A stretch of 64,000 nucleotides of DNA, from the NCBI RefSeq assembly GCF_006345805.1, contig NC_043010.1, positions 36,084,001-36,148,000 on the forward strand, written 5' to 3'. Position numbers and translations under genes: made by a program. This DNA is from Octopus sinensis (Eukaryota). Below are positions 13,011 through 27,350 of this stretch, piece by piece. How positions within the stretch are numbered: the first letter of the stretch is position 1; each line of letters starts with the position of its first letter. Below the pieces are notes generated by a model. That model was given only the letters and a program-made list of their open reading frames with translations. It searched no databases and was not told where the DNA came from.

Positions 13011-15271
13011 GAGGTGGTGTGATGTGAAAAACTAACATGCCAGCTGTTTCAATACTGTAAACATATGAAGGTCATGCAGATGTTTGTTTCAACTTGTGGT
13101 ATTGATAGTAGCACTGATGATGATGTTGATAGTGATCTTGGTAGTGGCGTTGATGGTGGTGTTGGTGTGAGTGGAGATGTAGTAGTGGTAGTTGTGGTGT
13201 TGTTTCTATATAGTGATGTCAGTGGTGGAGATGTGGTAGTATTGGTTATGGTCTCGGATGGTGGTGGAAATGTGGCAGTATTGGTTATAGTCTTGGATGG
13301 TGGTGGTAATGATGGGGGTAGCAATGATGTTGGTGCTTTGGTGATGATGGTGATAATGATGGTGGTGTTGGTGGTGCTTAGCTGCAGCTCAATCCTATAC
13401 AAGCAAGCCTATGATCAAAGGCATTCCAACCATGACCACCCTGTCTTTTACAATATCTTTTACCTTTTATTTGTCTCGGTCATTAGACTGTGGCCATGCT
13501 GGGGCACTAACTTGAAAAATTTTAGTCAAACGAACCAACTCCAGGACTTATTTTTTTACGCCTGGTACTTATTCTGTTGGTCTCTTTTGCTGAACCACTA
13601 AGTCACAGGGTTGTAAACACATCAACACTGGTTGTCAAGCAATGATGAGGGACAAACACGAAGACACACACACACGATGGGCTTCTTTCAGTTTCCGTCT
13701 ACCAAATCTATACACAAGGCTTTGGTCAGCCCAAGGGTATAGTAGAAGGCACTTGTTCAAGATGCCACGCTGTGGGACAGAACCCAGACCCATGCAGTTG
13801 GGAAGCTTCTAACCACACAGCCATGCCCGTGCCTACATAGAACTACATTATCTAATGGATTTTATTTTTCCCTCATTTAAGACAGTAGGATGGTGGTGGT
13901 GGCGGTGGTGGTGATGACGATAACACTGTTATTGTTGGTTAGCCCTAGGTCAGATTAAACTAAGTAGACCTATAAAGGCCAAAGGCATTCCAGCTGTGAC
14001 CGTTCTGTCTTATTTTCAGAAGTAGGATATATAGGATATTTAAGACAGTGTGTGCATGTGTGTGTGTTTGTGATCCCTTTTCCAAAAGCTAGGGTGTGAT
14101 TTGAGAGATTTAGCTTCTATTTCTAGCAGGTCAGTCGACCACATAAAGACTCTTTCAATGGCTCAGTAATAGTGTTGACAGCAAAGGTGGTGGTGGTGGT
14201 GGTGTGGATGCTGATCGGCAATGATGGGAAGTGGTAATGTTTTGGTGGTGGTGATGGTGGTGGTGGTGGTTTACAGTGATGCTGAGGATGGTAATATTGA
14301 TTATTGGTGTTCTTTTAAGTGGAGGTGGGGGGCAGGCCTATGATGAAAGGCATTCCAGTCATGACCAGCCCATTATGTTATCTACCCCAAAAATAATATA
14401 GGAGTACATTGTTCACTGTGTCTTTCCATTATTTTTTTCAGACAGAGGCGTCTGACTTGATGTGTAGTTAGCTGCTATTTCAAGTATGTCGAGAGGCTAT
14501 GGGATGATGCTGTTTGAGAGCAGGAATGTGGCATATTGATGATGACAATGGTGTTGGGAGTGTGGTTGTGTGACAACGGCAGTGGTATTGATAAAAGTAC
14601 TTAAATTCAACTCGAAAAATTATTGGTTCAAATCCCACTACAGTCAATGAAATAAATACCAGTAAAACAAGAATGGAAAAGATCAGATAAACTCGAATTG
14701 GACAGGAAAAGAGAGAAAAAGGAAATTAAGGCTGAGAAATTATGATGATAATGATGAAAGTGGCACGCTGGCCGAGTCGTTAACGACAAAATGCTTAGTG
14801 GCATTTCGTCCGTCTTTTCATTTAGTTCAAATTCTGCTGAGGTCGATTTTTGCCTTTCATCCTTTTGGAGTCGGTAAAATAAGTACCAGATGGGTACTGG
14901 GGGGAGGGGGTATGTAATCGAGTCACTCCCTCCCCTGGAATTGCTGGTCTTGCGCCCAAATTTGAAACTTATTACTATGAAGATTATTAGCAGCAGCAGA
15001 ATTAGTATTACTTGTATGTGTGTGTATGTGTGCATCCAAGCAGTTCAACCCATGCCAGCATGGAAAAGGGGATGTTAAATGATGATAGTGATACATGTTT
15101 TTGTAATTATAAAATATTTTTAAAATGTGAATATTAATTAGAAAAAGGATTCACTACGATTAAGAGTTAGATGCTAATAGTAACTTCACTAAAAAATTAT
15201 ATATATATATATACACACACCACACAAATACATAATATGCATATATGTATGTATGTATATATGTATGTATA

Positions 15272-15670
15272 TCTTTATATATAAAAGTGAAGTTGTGTGT
15301 CTGTCTCCTACGATTTAGATTCCTAACTACTCCCACATTTTGCAGTGCAGTTTAACCAAAACCGGGTATCTTATAGTCGTGATTTATATTGAGCCCTTCT
15401 GGGTATTAGCGCGCGTCTACGATGAGTCTACGATTTAAAAAAAAATTTACCATAATTTTTTTCCATTTTAATGCATTTTTTTCGCTATTATATAAGGGAA
15501 GTAACTCTCTAAAAATGTCTACAATGAGTCAACGATGTTTTAAAAAATTTACCATAATTTTTTTTCCATTTTTAATGCATTTTTTTGCTATTTTTGGACT
15601 ATAACTCTCTAAAAATGCTTATATAGTTATTTCCCTTACAAACCCGAGCAACGCCAGGCGATACTGCTAG
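15272..15670 (+). mobile_element. Non-autonomous Helitron
   Basis: A|TC 5' end, 3' hairpin remnant CCCGAGCAACGCCAGGC (15643-15659), CTAG|T 3' end; internal ~100-bp tandem duplication (15415-15516, 15517-15616). Confidence 0.85.
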
Positions 15671-16069
15671 TATATATATATGTGTGTGTGTGTGAATGTA
15701 TATACGTGTGTGTGTATGTATGTACATACACATGCACACAAATACATTGTAAACGAATGATTGTACATACACAAATACATAATTTGTATATAGCTATACA
15801 TTATATAGATACACACACACACACAAATATGTATAAATTTACTCATTAAAAGTGATGAATCACTTCTCCACAACGTTGCTTGAAGGACAGCAACTAAGCA
15901 TAACAAACTCTGAGTAGTGATGAAGTGAAACAAATACAACGTGCCTTTCAGTATTTATTTAGCTTTATCTCTTTACATTCTGAATCCTGCTTATCAACTT
16001 TGCTATTCATCTCGTCAAGGTCGATAAACAAAGTACTAGTTAGTTTAATTGATTACATCTTGTTCCTAC

Positions 16070-17040
16070 GAAGCGGTGGCATTTTGCCTGTCTGCATAGA
16101 AATCATTATTGTTGCTTAGAGTGGTGAATGTTTTGTGTGTCGGACAAAATGCTTAGTAGCTTTTCTTCTGACATTAAATTATGTTCTCGGTTCAAATTCT
16201 GCTGAGGTTAACTTTGCCTTTCATCTTTTCAGGGTCGATGGAAGTAGTACCAGTCAAGCACTGGAGTCAATATAATCAACTTACACACTCCCCGAAAATT
16301 TCAGGTCTCATGATCATCATCATCTTTTAACATCCGCTTTCCATGCTAGCATGGGTTGGACTATATGATATTATTATTATTATTAAGGCAGTGAGCAGGC
16401 AGAATTGTTAGCACGCTGGACAAAATGCTTAGCAGTATTTCACCCATCACTACATTCTGAGTTAAAATTCCACCAAAGTCGACTTTGCCTTTCATCTCTT
16501 TTGGAGGACAATGTAATTGACTCATCCCCTCCCCCAAAATTGTTGCCCTTGAGGCAAAAATTTGAAATAATTATTATTATTAAGGCAGTAAACTGGCAGA
16601 ATTGTTAGCATGCTGGACAAAATGCTTAGCGATATTTCACCTGTCGCTATGTTCTTAGTTCAAGTTCCACTGAGGTCAACTTTACCTTTCATCCTTTCGG
16701 GGTTGATATATTAAGCACCAGTGAAACACTGGGGTTGATGTAATCAACTAGTCCCTTCCCCAAAATTTCAGGCCTTGTGCCTTTAGTAGAAAGGATCATT
16801 ATTATTATTATTATTATTAAGGTGGCGAGTTAGCAGAATTGTGATCATGCCAGACAAAATGTTTAGAAGCATTTCATCTGTCTGAACATTCTGAGTTCAA
16901 ATTCTGCCATGGTTGATTTTGCCTTTTGTCCTGTCAAGGTCAATGTAACTGACTAAACACCTTCCCAAAAATTTCCAGTTGAATACTGAGGTTGACTATC
17001 CCACTTCCCCAAATTTCAGGCTTTGTGCCTATAATAGAAA
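16070..17040 (+). repeat. Head-to-tail cluster of decayed SINE-B copies separated by (ATT)n
   Basis: Copies begin after attattattaagg near 16386, 16582 and 16821; a similar cluster lies at about 24000-25500. Confidence 0.75.
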
Positions 17041-17309
17041 TGATTAATCGACATTCTATAGATGGTTTGTGGTAAGCAAGAATCGACTAGATGGTCTGTA
17101 CCAGAGGACTTTTGAGGTCTGTAGAATAAGTAACAGTTCCGCACAGGGGTTCATGTGATTGAGCTTTTCTGCCAAAATTAGAAAAAAATTACAGGTTGTT
17201 GCTGACTTGTAACCTATCTGACTTACAATCAATTGACTTTATGATTGGCGTGCTAGCTCCTGGCAGCAATATGTACAGTTGAAATCTAATGGGTTTAATT
17301 TCTTAGAAA

Positions 17310-17688
17310 TTAACCCAACTACAGGCAGAGGTATTGTTTTCAGTCATGTTTGTTAATTTTTTTTTTTTTTTTTTCCGTAGGCAAGGTATCTCAAGAACCG
17401 CTGGATGGATTCCCATGAAAGTTTCAGGGATGTTTGGCCTCATGAATGACACAAACTGATTAGATTTTGGGATCGATCTGGTACCAGACAAGGATTCTGG
17501 ACTATTTTTCCTTTTTTTTTTTTACTTAATTTTCGAGAGCGATCGGGTTCATTTTTAGTATTCTTATTTCTGAGAGCAGGTTGAATTTATTTCAGATATT
17601 CTCATCTTAAAAATTATCTCCGACTAATAGTTGAGAGGACATTGGTGTTGCTTTGGAGGATGTTTGTGCTCTCTGAGTGCTCTTGTTT
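17310..17688 (+). mobile_element. Helentron/HINE-like element, same family as 23684-23995
   Basis: Shares ggcagRggtattgttttcagtcat...gatatctcaagaac...gtgctctctgagtgctc with the 23.7-kb copy. Confidence 0.6.
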
Positions 17689-19179
17689 CTATTATTATTG
17701 TTGGAATTCATTAACTAGCCAACCTTCCCCCAAAATTTCAGGCCTTGTGCCTATAGTAGAAAGGGTTATTGTTAGGGTTTATTTTACTGTTCTTTCTTAC
17801 ATGCTCCTTTATGTAATCCTACATTATATTATCCGATAATGTCCCAATGGTTATGTGAACACTTCATGGTTAATAGCAAAGACATTCTTTTGCCCTTCTC
17901 TCAATAAAATGACTACCAATTGAGCACTTGAGTTGATGTAATTACCTAAGCCTCTCCCACCAAAATCTTAGGCTTTCTGCTTATAGCAGAAAGTTTGGGT
18001 AATTCTATTACTCTTACTCTTTTACTTGTCTCAGTCATTTGACTGCAGCCATGCTAGAGCACCACCTAAAGTTGAACAAATCGACCCCAGGACTTATTCT
18101 GTCGGTCTCTTTTGCCGAACCTCTAAGTTACGGGGACATAAACACACTAGCATCGGTTGTCAAGCCATGTTGGGGGAACAAACACACACATTATATATAT
18201 ATATATATATATACGACGGGCTTCTTTTCCCATCCGTACGTTCTGGGTTCAAGTTCCGCCAAGGTCGACTTTGCCTTTCATCCTTCCGGGGTCAATAAAA
18301 TAAGTACCAGTTGAACACTGGGGGGGGGGCTCAATGTAATCAACTTATCCCCTCCCCCAAAATTGCTACTCTTGTGATAAAACCACCACCACCAAATTTG
18401 AGGCCTTGTGCTTCCAGTAGAAAGGATGATTATTATTATCATTATTATTATTAAGGGCAGCAAGATGGCAGAATTGTTAGTATGCCAGGAAAGATGTTTA
18501 GTGATATTTCATCCATCTTTACATTCTAAGTTCAAATTTTGCTGAGACTGACTTTTCATCTTTTAGAGGTCAATAAAATAAGTACTAGTTGAGGACTGGG
18601 GTCAATGTAACTACTTGACCCCTTTCCCGAACTTGCTGGCCTTGTGCCAAAATTTGAAATAATAATAATAATTATTATTATTACCAGTAATAATAGTTGT
18701 TGTATAGCACCAGGTCAACCCTGACCGAGCATCCCACGAGGAGCTAAAGCTTTGATGCCATTAATATCAAAACCTATTTGTCTATCAAGCATTTCACTGT
18801 CCAATGCAGCCTTCATTAATCAAGGTACCAGGGTGTGATTTTGGGGCAATTTAGTTATCATTTCTAGCAAGCAGAGCAAATCACTTAAAGGCTTTGAGTA
18901 AACATAGTAATAGCATAGTAGTAGTAGTAGCAGTAGTTATAGAAAAAGCAATGGTAGTAGTCATCATTATTGTTTTTGTTTAGCCCGAGTTCAATTCTGA
19001 TCAAGTGGTCCATTATATGATGGAACATTCCAGCCATGACCATGCCATTTATATTCAGAGTGCATAATAGATTACATTACCTAATGAATCCTTATTTTTG
19101 TAAAGGCAGTACAGTGTGATTTGAGGGAGATTTGGCTGCTATTTCTAACAGGCCAAGAAACCAGGTAGAGACGCTGTCA

Positions 19180-20340
19180 ATGGCTCGAAATAGTAGTAGT
19201 AGTAGTAGTAATGGTAGTGGAGATGGTAACAGCTAAAGTAGCAGTAAGGCTATCCCCCGCCGACTGCCATCATCCTTATCATCATCATCACCATCATCAC
19301 CACCACCATCATGACAACTGCTAATACTTCCTCCTCCTCCTCCTCCTCCTCCTACCACCACCACAAGAAGGATCAGGCTATGGCCAGCCTGACTCATGCA
19401 TGTAACTTCAAGGTGCAGTGGGGTGGGGGAAGGAGAAAGGGAAGCTGCACCTGCTGCATGCATACTGACTTGCATCATTAAACATGCTGTTGTGATTCGT
19501 GGTGGTGGTGGTGGTGGTGGTGGTTGCGAAAACAATGATAATGTTGGCGGCAGCGATCATAACAATGCTAGTGGGGGTGGTGGCGATGAGTTGGGGGGGG
19601 GGCATGGTGGTGGTAATATAAATTATGATGATGATGATGGTGGTGGTGGTGATGATGATTATGGTTGACGATGGTGATGATGCTATTGATAACTGTGATG
19701 CTGGAATTATAAATTATGATGATGAAGACAGTGGTGGCAGTGATGACGGTGGTGGTGGTGGTGGTGGTGGTGGTAGTGGTGAAAGTCGCCATGACTGTGA
19801 TAGTGGTGGCAATGGTGGTGACGGTAATGATGGTGATGATGCTGGCAGTGATGATGCTGGCAGTGATGATGCTGGCAGTGATGATGCTGGCAGTGATGAT
19901 GCCGGCAGTGGTGATGAAAACAGCAGTGATGACATAAAATCGAACCACACCATTACAATCCCCCTCCACACCTTCACCACCACCACCACCACCACCCAAC
20001 AACCATCTCCTCCTCCTCCTCCTCACCCCCGGCACATCCTGTTACTCTACACTTTGTTGCAGAAATACTAAAACAAAAGTAAACCAAAATAGCAATGAAA
20101 CTACTACTATTACTATTACTACTGCTGCTGCTGCCACTACAACTATTTCAATAGTTACAATTAGTAACAGACTTGTTACAACTACCACCATCACCTATCA
20201 CTAAGTCACAGCTACCACAAGTTACAACTCCCACTACTACCCAGAGTCACAAACTCTTACTGCTACTCCTAGTCACAACTCCTACTACCACTATTTCAAA
20301 CATGTATTACATCACTTACTCCTACAACTACTATTATTAA
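19180..20340. repeat. Degenerate trinucleotide tracts (GGT/GAT/CTA) including 15-bp gatgatgctggcagt x4
   Basis: Direct reading; source of the low-complexity ORFs. Confidence 0.88.
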
Positions 20341-21511
20341 TAATAATAATGGTTTTAAATTTTGGCACAAGGCCAGCAAGTTCGCAGGAGAGGGTAATTA
20401 GATTACATTGACCCCAGTGTATCACTGGTACTTAATTTATCAATCTTGAAAGGATGAAAGGCAACATTGACCTCGGCGGAATTTGAACTCAGAACATAAG
20501 GACAGATGTTGTTGTTGTTGATGATGATGATGATGATGATGACGACGACAACAACACCATCATTACTACTGCTGCTATAACAACCATAAGAGCATCAATA
20601 CTACAGCAACAACTACTACTACTACAGCTATCATTGATACTACAAGTTACAACTACTACTTCAACTACCACCACTATTACTACTAGTACTGATATGGATA
20701 ACATCAATAGGTGGAGGAGTGGCTGTATGGTAAGTAGCTTGCTTACCAGCTACATGGTTCTGGATTCAGTCCCATTGCGTGGCACCTTGGGCAAGTGTTT
20801 TGTACTATAGCCTCGGGCTGACCAAAGCCTTGTGAGTGGATTTGGTAGACAGAAACTGAAAGAAGCCCATTGTATATTTACATATAGATGTGTGTGTTTG
20901 TCCCCCCACATTGCTTGCCAACCGATGCTGGTGTGTTTATGTCCCCGTCAGTTAGCGGTTTGGCAAGAGAGACCGATAGAAGTACTAGGCTTACAAAGAA
21001 TAAGTCTTGGGGTCGATTTGCTCGACTAAAGGCGGTGCTCCAGCACGGCCGCAGTCAAATACTGAAACAAATAAAAGAATAAAAGAAGTACTATTGCAGT
21101 TATTACAGCCATAGTATCAATACTACTACTACCATTACTAATCCTACAACCACCACTGATACTACTACAAGGCACAATTACTAATTCAACTAATACCACT
21201 AAGATCTCAATTGCAATTACTACTACTACTACTGTTACTACAATCTCTAACATTGAGTACTGACAATCAATCACTTCACAATTAACTCATGATTTGATGA
21301 TGTCATCCAGATGTACTTTATGACTTAACTGCTAAAGGTTTTCCTGTTTATGGCAGGCTGGATAGATGGACAGCTACATGTGGGAGCAGTCCAATGGTAG
21401 ACAAGCACTTAGAACACAACAATCAAGTTGATGTTAATGGGTTAACTGCCAGGAACATTAAAAAGCTAGCTTGAAATAATTATACAATGAAGTCAAAAGA
21501 AAACATGACAA

Positions 21512-21910
21512 TAGGCGCAGGAGTGGCTGTGTGGTAAGTAGCTTGTTAACCAGTCACATGGTTCCTGGTTCAGTCTCACTGCATGTCACCTTGGGCAAGT
21601 GTCTTCTACTATAGCCTCAGGCCAACCAAAGCCTTGTGAGTGGATTTGGTAGACAGAAACTGAAAGAAGCTTGTCATATATATGTATATATATGTATGTG
21701 GATGTATATGTTTGTGTGTCTGTGTTTGTCCTCCCAACATTGCTTGACAACCAATGATGGTGTGTTTACGTACTCGTAACTTAGCGGTTCGGCAAAAATG
21801 GCCGATAGAATAAGTACTAGGCTTACAAAGAAGAAGTCCTGGGGTCGATTTGCTCAACTAAAGGCGGTGCTCCATCATAGCCACAGTCAAATGACTGAAA
21901 CAAGTAAAAA
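21512..21910 (+). mobile_element. SINE-A
   Basis: Colinear with the family; another copy lies at about 20710-21085. Confidence 0.85.
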
Positions 21911-22202
21911 GAGAGAGATATTAGTCATTGATTAAGGCGATGAACTGGCAGAACTATTAGCATGCCAGGCAAAATGCGCAGCAGCATTTAATGTCTTCAG
22001 ATTCTGAGTTCAAATTCTGCTGAGGTTGGTTTTACTGTTCATCCTTGGGGTTGATAAAATAAGTACCAGTTGAACACTGGGGTCAATGTAATCAGTTTGC
22101 CCCCCTCACCTGAACTTGCTGGCCTTGTACAAAAATTTGAAACCAATATTAATCATTGATTTTAGATTGCTTTGAATATTTTGGTAAGCATTTGGAGGAA
22201 AA

Positions 22203-22243
22203 CTCCAAACATGTTTTGGCCTTATTGGACCTCCTCAGTGAGG
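22203..22243 (-). ncRNA. Degenerate hammerhead-like motif, second family
   Basis: CUGAGGA-GGUC-CAAUAA-GGCC-AAAA-CAUGUU: GAAA box G>A at a former CpG; palindromic AACAUGUU. Confidence 0.4.
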
Positions 22244-22647
22244 CAATAACTATGCTCTACAATAATGCAGTGTTTTCTGAAGGAAGAAACAGCCCAACCT
22301 GGGAAGAGGGCCTCTGAGGATTGAAAGGGAGAGTGAACAAACCATAATCATCATTTTAATGGCTACTTTTCTATGCTTGCATGGGTCAGATGGAATTTGT
22401 TGGGGACAGATTTTCTGTGCTTGGATATCCTTTCTGTTGCCAAATTTCTCTCATTTCAAAGCAAGTCAATGTTTCCCTATTATCGGCCATGGAAGATTGA
22501 AAACGAACAACACTGCTTGTATGATAGGGACACTTGCTTACAACTGTCAAGCAATGTCAAAATGACACACAAACACACACACATGCATAGAGTTGGGAAA
22601 GCAAGCTCCTTACCACACAGCCATACCTGTGCCTATATGTATATATA

Positions 22648-22923
<276 letters not shown>

Positions 22924-23683
22924 TATATGCAATGATGGGCTTCTATCTACCAAATCTACTCACAAGGTATTGATCAGACCAGGATTATAAGAACAAGGTA
23001 CTCGCTAAAGATGCAGTGCAGTGGGACTGAATTCGGGCAGCAAACTTCTTAGCCACACAGCCATGCCTGCACCTTACCAGAACATGTTCTTGCACAACTA
23101 AAGAACTTCTTAGAGAACTGTAGAACTAACCATACAACTTCAATGAAGTTATTGTTGTTGTTAGCACTAATTAACCTTTCGGTTACCATATTTTTAATGG
23201 AATACACAACCTCTGTTACAATAAATTTTGAAAATAATGAAAAATTTAATAAAATAACTTTATCACGCAAGTGTTTGGATCATAAATTAGCAAGAATTTT
23301 TAATATAAGGTTTTGATTTAGATCGATTTAAAACAAATAATTGGCATCATGCAACCAAGGTGCTCTTAGGCAATTTGGTACCAGAAGGGTTAAGTAAACC
23401 TATGAATGAAGGCATTCAAGCCACACTATTCTGTCATAAGCTCAAACGATAAAGCCAGAATTGATTCACTGAGACATCAAAAATTTCTGTTTTTGAGCTG
23501 ATCTTAGAAATGTTTATTGTACAATCAACAGCAAAGTGAACAAAGTGCTTTGCAGTGTTTAGTCACTTGGCCTTTTCATCCTTCTAGGGTGGACAAAAAT
23601 AAAATATCTGTCACATATTGGGGTTGATTTCACTGCCTATTTCTTTCCCAAAAATTTGTGGGTGTGTATCTAAGTAAGAAATT

Positions 23684-23995
23684 ATTACCTCTGCATTAGC
23701 GAAGGCAGGGGTATTGTTTTCAGTCATATTTGTTTGTCCATGGACAAGATATCTCAAGAACTGAGAGATGGATTCGGATGAAACATTCGTGACTGGCATG
23801 AACTGATTAGATTTTGGGACCAATCTGATACCAGATTATTTTTCCTGTTTTTTTACTTTTGAGAGTGGTTGGGTTCATTTTTAGTATTCTAGTTTGAGAG
23901 CAGTCAAGTTTATTTCAGATATTCTCATTTTAAAAATCATTGACAGGATGTTGGTGTTGCCTTGGCAGAGGTTTGTGCTCTCTGAGTGCTCGTTA
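23684..23995 (+). mobile_element. Helentron/HINE-like non-autonomous element
   Basis: ATTACCTCTGC ... GCAGAGGT followed by GTGCTCTCTGAGTGC; homologous to 17310-17688. Confidence 0.65.
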
Positions 23996-26047
23996 TCATT
24001 ATCATCAAGGTGGCAAGCTGGCAGAATCATTAGCACGCTGGGCAAAATGCATAGTGGCATTTCATCCATCCTTATGTTCTGAGTTCAAATTCCACTGGGG
24101 TCGACTTCGCCTTTTATCCTTACAGGGTCAATAAAGTAAGTACCAATGAAAACCTGGGGTTGATGTAATCAACTAATCCCCTCCCCACAATTTCAGGCCT
24201 TGTGCCTTTAGTAGAAAGGATTATCATCATTATTATTAGATTAGCAGAATTGTTTAAGGTTAGATAACATGCCTTGTGGTACTTAGTACTGGCTCTTTAT
24301 GTTCCAAGTTCAAATGCTACCTTTGTAACATTGCCCATTCATTTTTTCTGGGGTTGGTAAAATGAGGAACCAGTCAAGTACTGGAATCAATTTATTCAAC
24401 TAAACACCACTTTCAAAAAAAAAAAAAATGCTGGCCTTGTGCTAAAATTAAAATGTATTAATTATTATTATTATTGTTAGTATACTTGTGCCGGTGGCAT
24501 GTAAAAGCACCCACTACACTCTCGGAGTGGTTGGCATTAGGAAGGGCATCCAACTGTAGAAACTCTGCAAGATCAGATTGGAGCCTGGTGCAGCCATCTG
24601 GTTCGCCAGTCCTCAGTCAAATCATCCAATCCATGCTAGCATGGAAGGCGGACGTTAAATGATTATTATTATTATTATTATTATTATTAAGGTGGTGAGC
24701 TGGCAGAATTGCTAGTACACCAGATAAAATGCTTAGCAACATCTCATCTATCTTTAGGTTCTGAGTTCACATTCAGAGGACAACTTCGCCTTTCAGCCTT
24801 TTGGAGTTGATAAAATAAATATCAGGCAAGTCCTGGGATCAGTATAATGAACAAGCCCCACCACCACCTCAAAAATTGCTGGCCCTATACCAAAATTAGA
24901 AATAATCATTATTATCATTAGTAATAGTAGTAGCAGCACCAGCAGCAACAGCTGTTGCTGGCAGGGAGTTAGATAAAAGCTTTATGTATTTAGTTATGTC
25001 CCTTTATGCTCCATGTTAGGATATTCATGGAGGCAATTAAATCTACTTTCCACCACTAAAATGTGTGGCCTTGAGCTTATGTTAAAAATCCATAATATTG
25101 TAGTGATGCTTCTGAGCTCCATCCAATACCATCACAGTTGACTTTATCTTTCAAGGGTTTGATCTAATTAGGTGTACTCCTTACTACAATATGTACATAT
25201 CTGAGAATAGGATGAGAGATCGACCTAAACAGAGTGTAATGTAAATGAAAATATCTGTCATTATCATTAGAAGTAAGGCATCGAGCTGGCAGAACTGTTA
25301 ACACATTAGGCAAAATTCTTAACTGCATTTTGTTCATCTTTATGTTCCGAGTTCAAATTCCACCAAGGTTGACTGCCTTTCATAATTTCGACGTCGATAA
25401 AATGAGTACCAGTTGAACACTGGGGTTGATACAATCAACTAGCCACCGCCACTGAAATTGCTGGCCCTGTGCCAAAATTTGAAACCATTATTATCATTAG
25501 AACTATCCTTATACCTAAATTAGAAGTGATCATTATTGTTAATGTCAGATAAAATGTCTTGCAGTATTTCTTTCATCTCTTTACAGTCAGAGTTCAAATA
25601 CCAATGAAGTCACCTTTACATTTCATCCTTTGCAGGGTTGATAAAACAAAACACTAGCCATGTACTGTGGTTAATATAATCCATTGTTCCCTTTCTCCAA
25701 AATTCAAGGCCTTGAGCCAATGTAAGAAATCGTCATATTGCAGTTATAGTACTAAGACAGCAACCTGGCAGAACCAGTAACATGCTAGACAAAATGTTTA
25801 GCAGAATTTCTTTTGTCTTGACATTCCGAGTTCAAACTCTACCAAAGTCGACTTAGCCTCTCAGGGTAATTAAGCCTTTAGTATTTAAACGGCCATATTC
25901 GGCTAAAATATTCTACCTTTTTTATGCCCAAACTAGCCAGATGGCCTCTCACACCAACCCTACAATTTTTATAATATCATTCTAAAAATTAAGAGTTACT
26001 TCATCAAAATCTCAAAGCTATGAGATAATGCATTAATACAACACAAT

Positions 26048-26455
26048 ATGAAGGAGTGGCTGTGTGATAAGTAGCTTGTTTACCAACCACATGGTTCCGG
26101 GTTCAGTCCCACTGCGTGGCACCTTGGGCAAGTGTCTTCTACTATAGCCTCTGGCCGACCAAAGCCTTGTGAGTGGATTTGGTAGACGGAAACTGAAAAG
26201 AAGCCCGTCGTATATATGTATATATATATATATATATATGCATGTGTGTGTTTGTGTGTCTGTGTTTGTCCCCCTAGCATTGCTTGACAACTGATGCTGG
26301 TGTGTTTATGTCCCCGTTACTATGCGGTTCGGCAAAAGAGACCGATAGAATAAGTACTGGGCTTACAAAAGAATAAGTCCCGGGGTCGAGTTGCTCGATT
26401 GAAGGCGGTGCTTCAGCATGGCCACAGTCAAATGACTGAAACAAGTAAAGAGAGA
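26048..26455 (+). mobile_element. SINE-A
   Basis: Colinear with the family; an oppositely oriented copy lies at about 26905-27205. Confidence 0.87.
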
Positions 26456-26788
26456 GAGTAATAAATAAGATTACTTTTGACAGGGTAATCTCAATGCTAA
26501 AGGGTTAAAATAAGTACCATTTGAGCACTAGGGTTGAAGCAATCAACTTGGCCCCTTCCCAAAAATATTAGAAAGGATTATTATTACTATTAGTAGTAGT
26601 AGGTCTGTTACGTTACTAAAGTTATATCTTGGATTATAATTATTTTCACATTCCTAACAACAGTCTCACACTGTTAAGAATTTCCTTAGTTTAATTAGCT
26701 TTAAGATAATCGACTAAAGTTAATTAAGTTTAGTTAATTAACTGTTTTTAGTTAAGGTTTGGCAGAGTGAAATCAAAGTTATTATCTC

Positions 26789-27130
26789 CAGTGGTTCTCA
26801 ACCATTTTTTGCCTGTGGACCTCTTCAGTTCCTATTTTACTTGGATGGACTCCACCACAGCCATTCGATGTTTAAAGAAATCTTATATTTTTATAATTAG
26901 ATATACTCTTTTACTTGTTCCAGTCATTTGACTGCAGCCACGCTGGAGCACCACCTTTAGTCGAGCAAATCAACCCCAGGATATATTCTTTGTAAGCCTA
27001 GTACCTATTCTATCAGTCACTTTTGCCGAACCGCTAAGTTACGTGGACGTAAACACACCAGCATTGGTTGTCAAGCAATGTTGGAGTGGGGTGGGACAAA
27101 CACAGACACACAAACACACATATATATATA

Positions 27131-27175
<45 letters not shown>

Positions 27176-27350
27176 ATAGCAAGCTACCTACCACACAGCC
27201 ACTCCTGCACCTATGTATTATTAGAAATTGTATAAAAAAAATATATTCACTGTATTGTAGAAGTATAACTGATTAATTGCAGATAAAGTCTAACAACAAA
27301 ATCTTATATGGATCTCCAAGGGCCATAAGGACCCCAGTTGAGAACCACAG
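26789..27350. mobile_element. hAT-like MITE containing a SINE-A insertion
   Basis: CAGTGGTTCTCAAC ... GTTGAGAACCACAG termini; TSD not recognisable. Confidence 0.7.
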
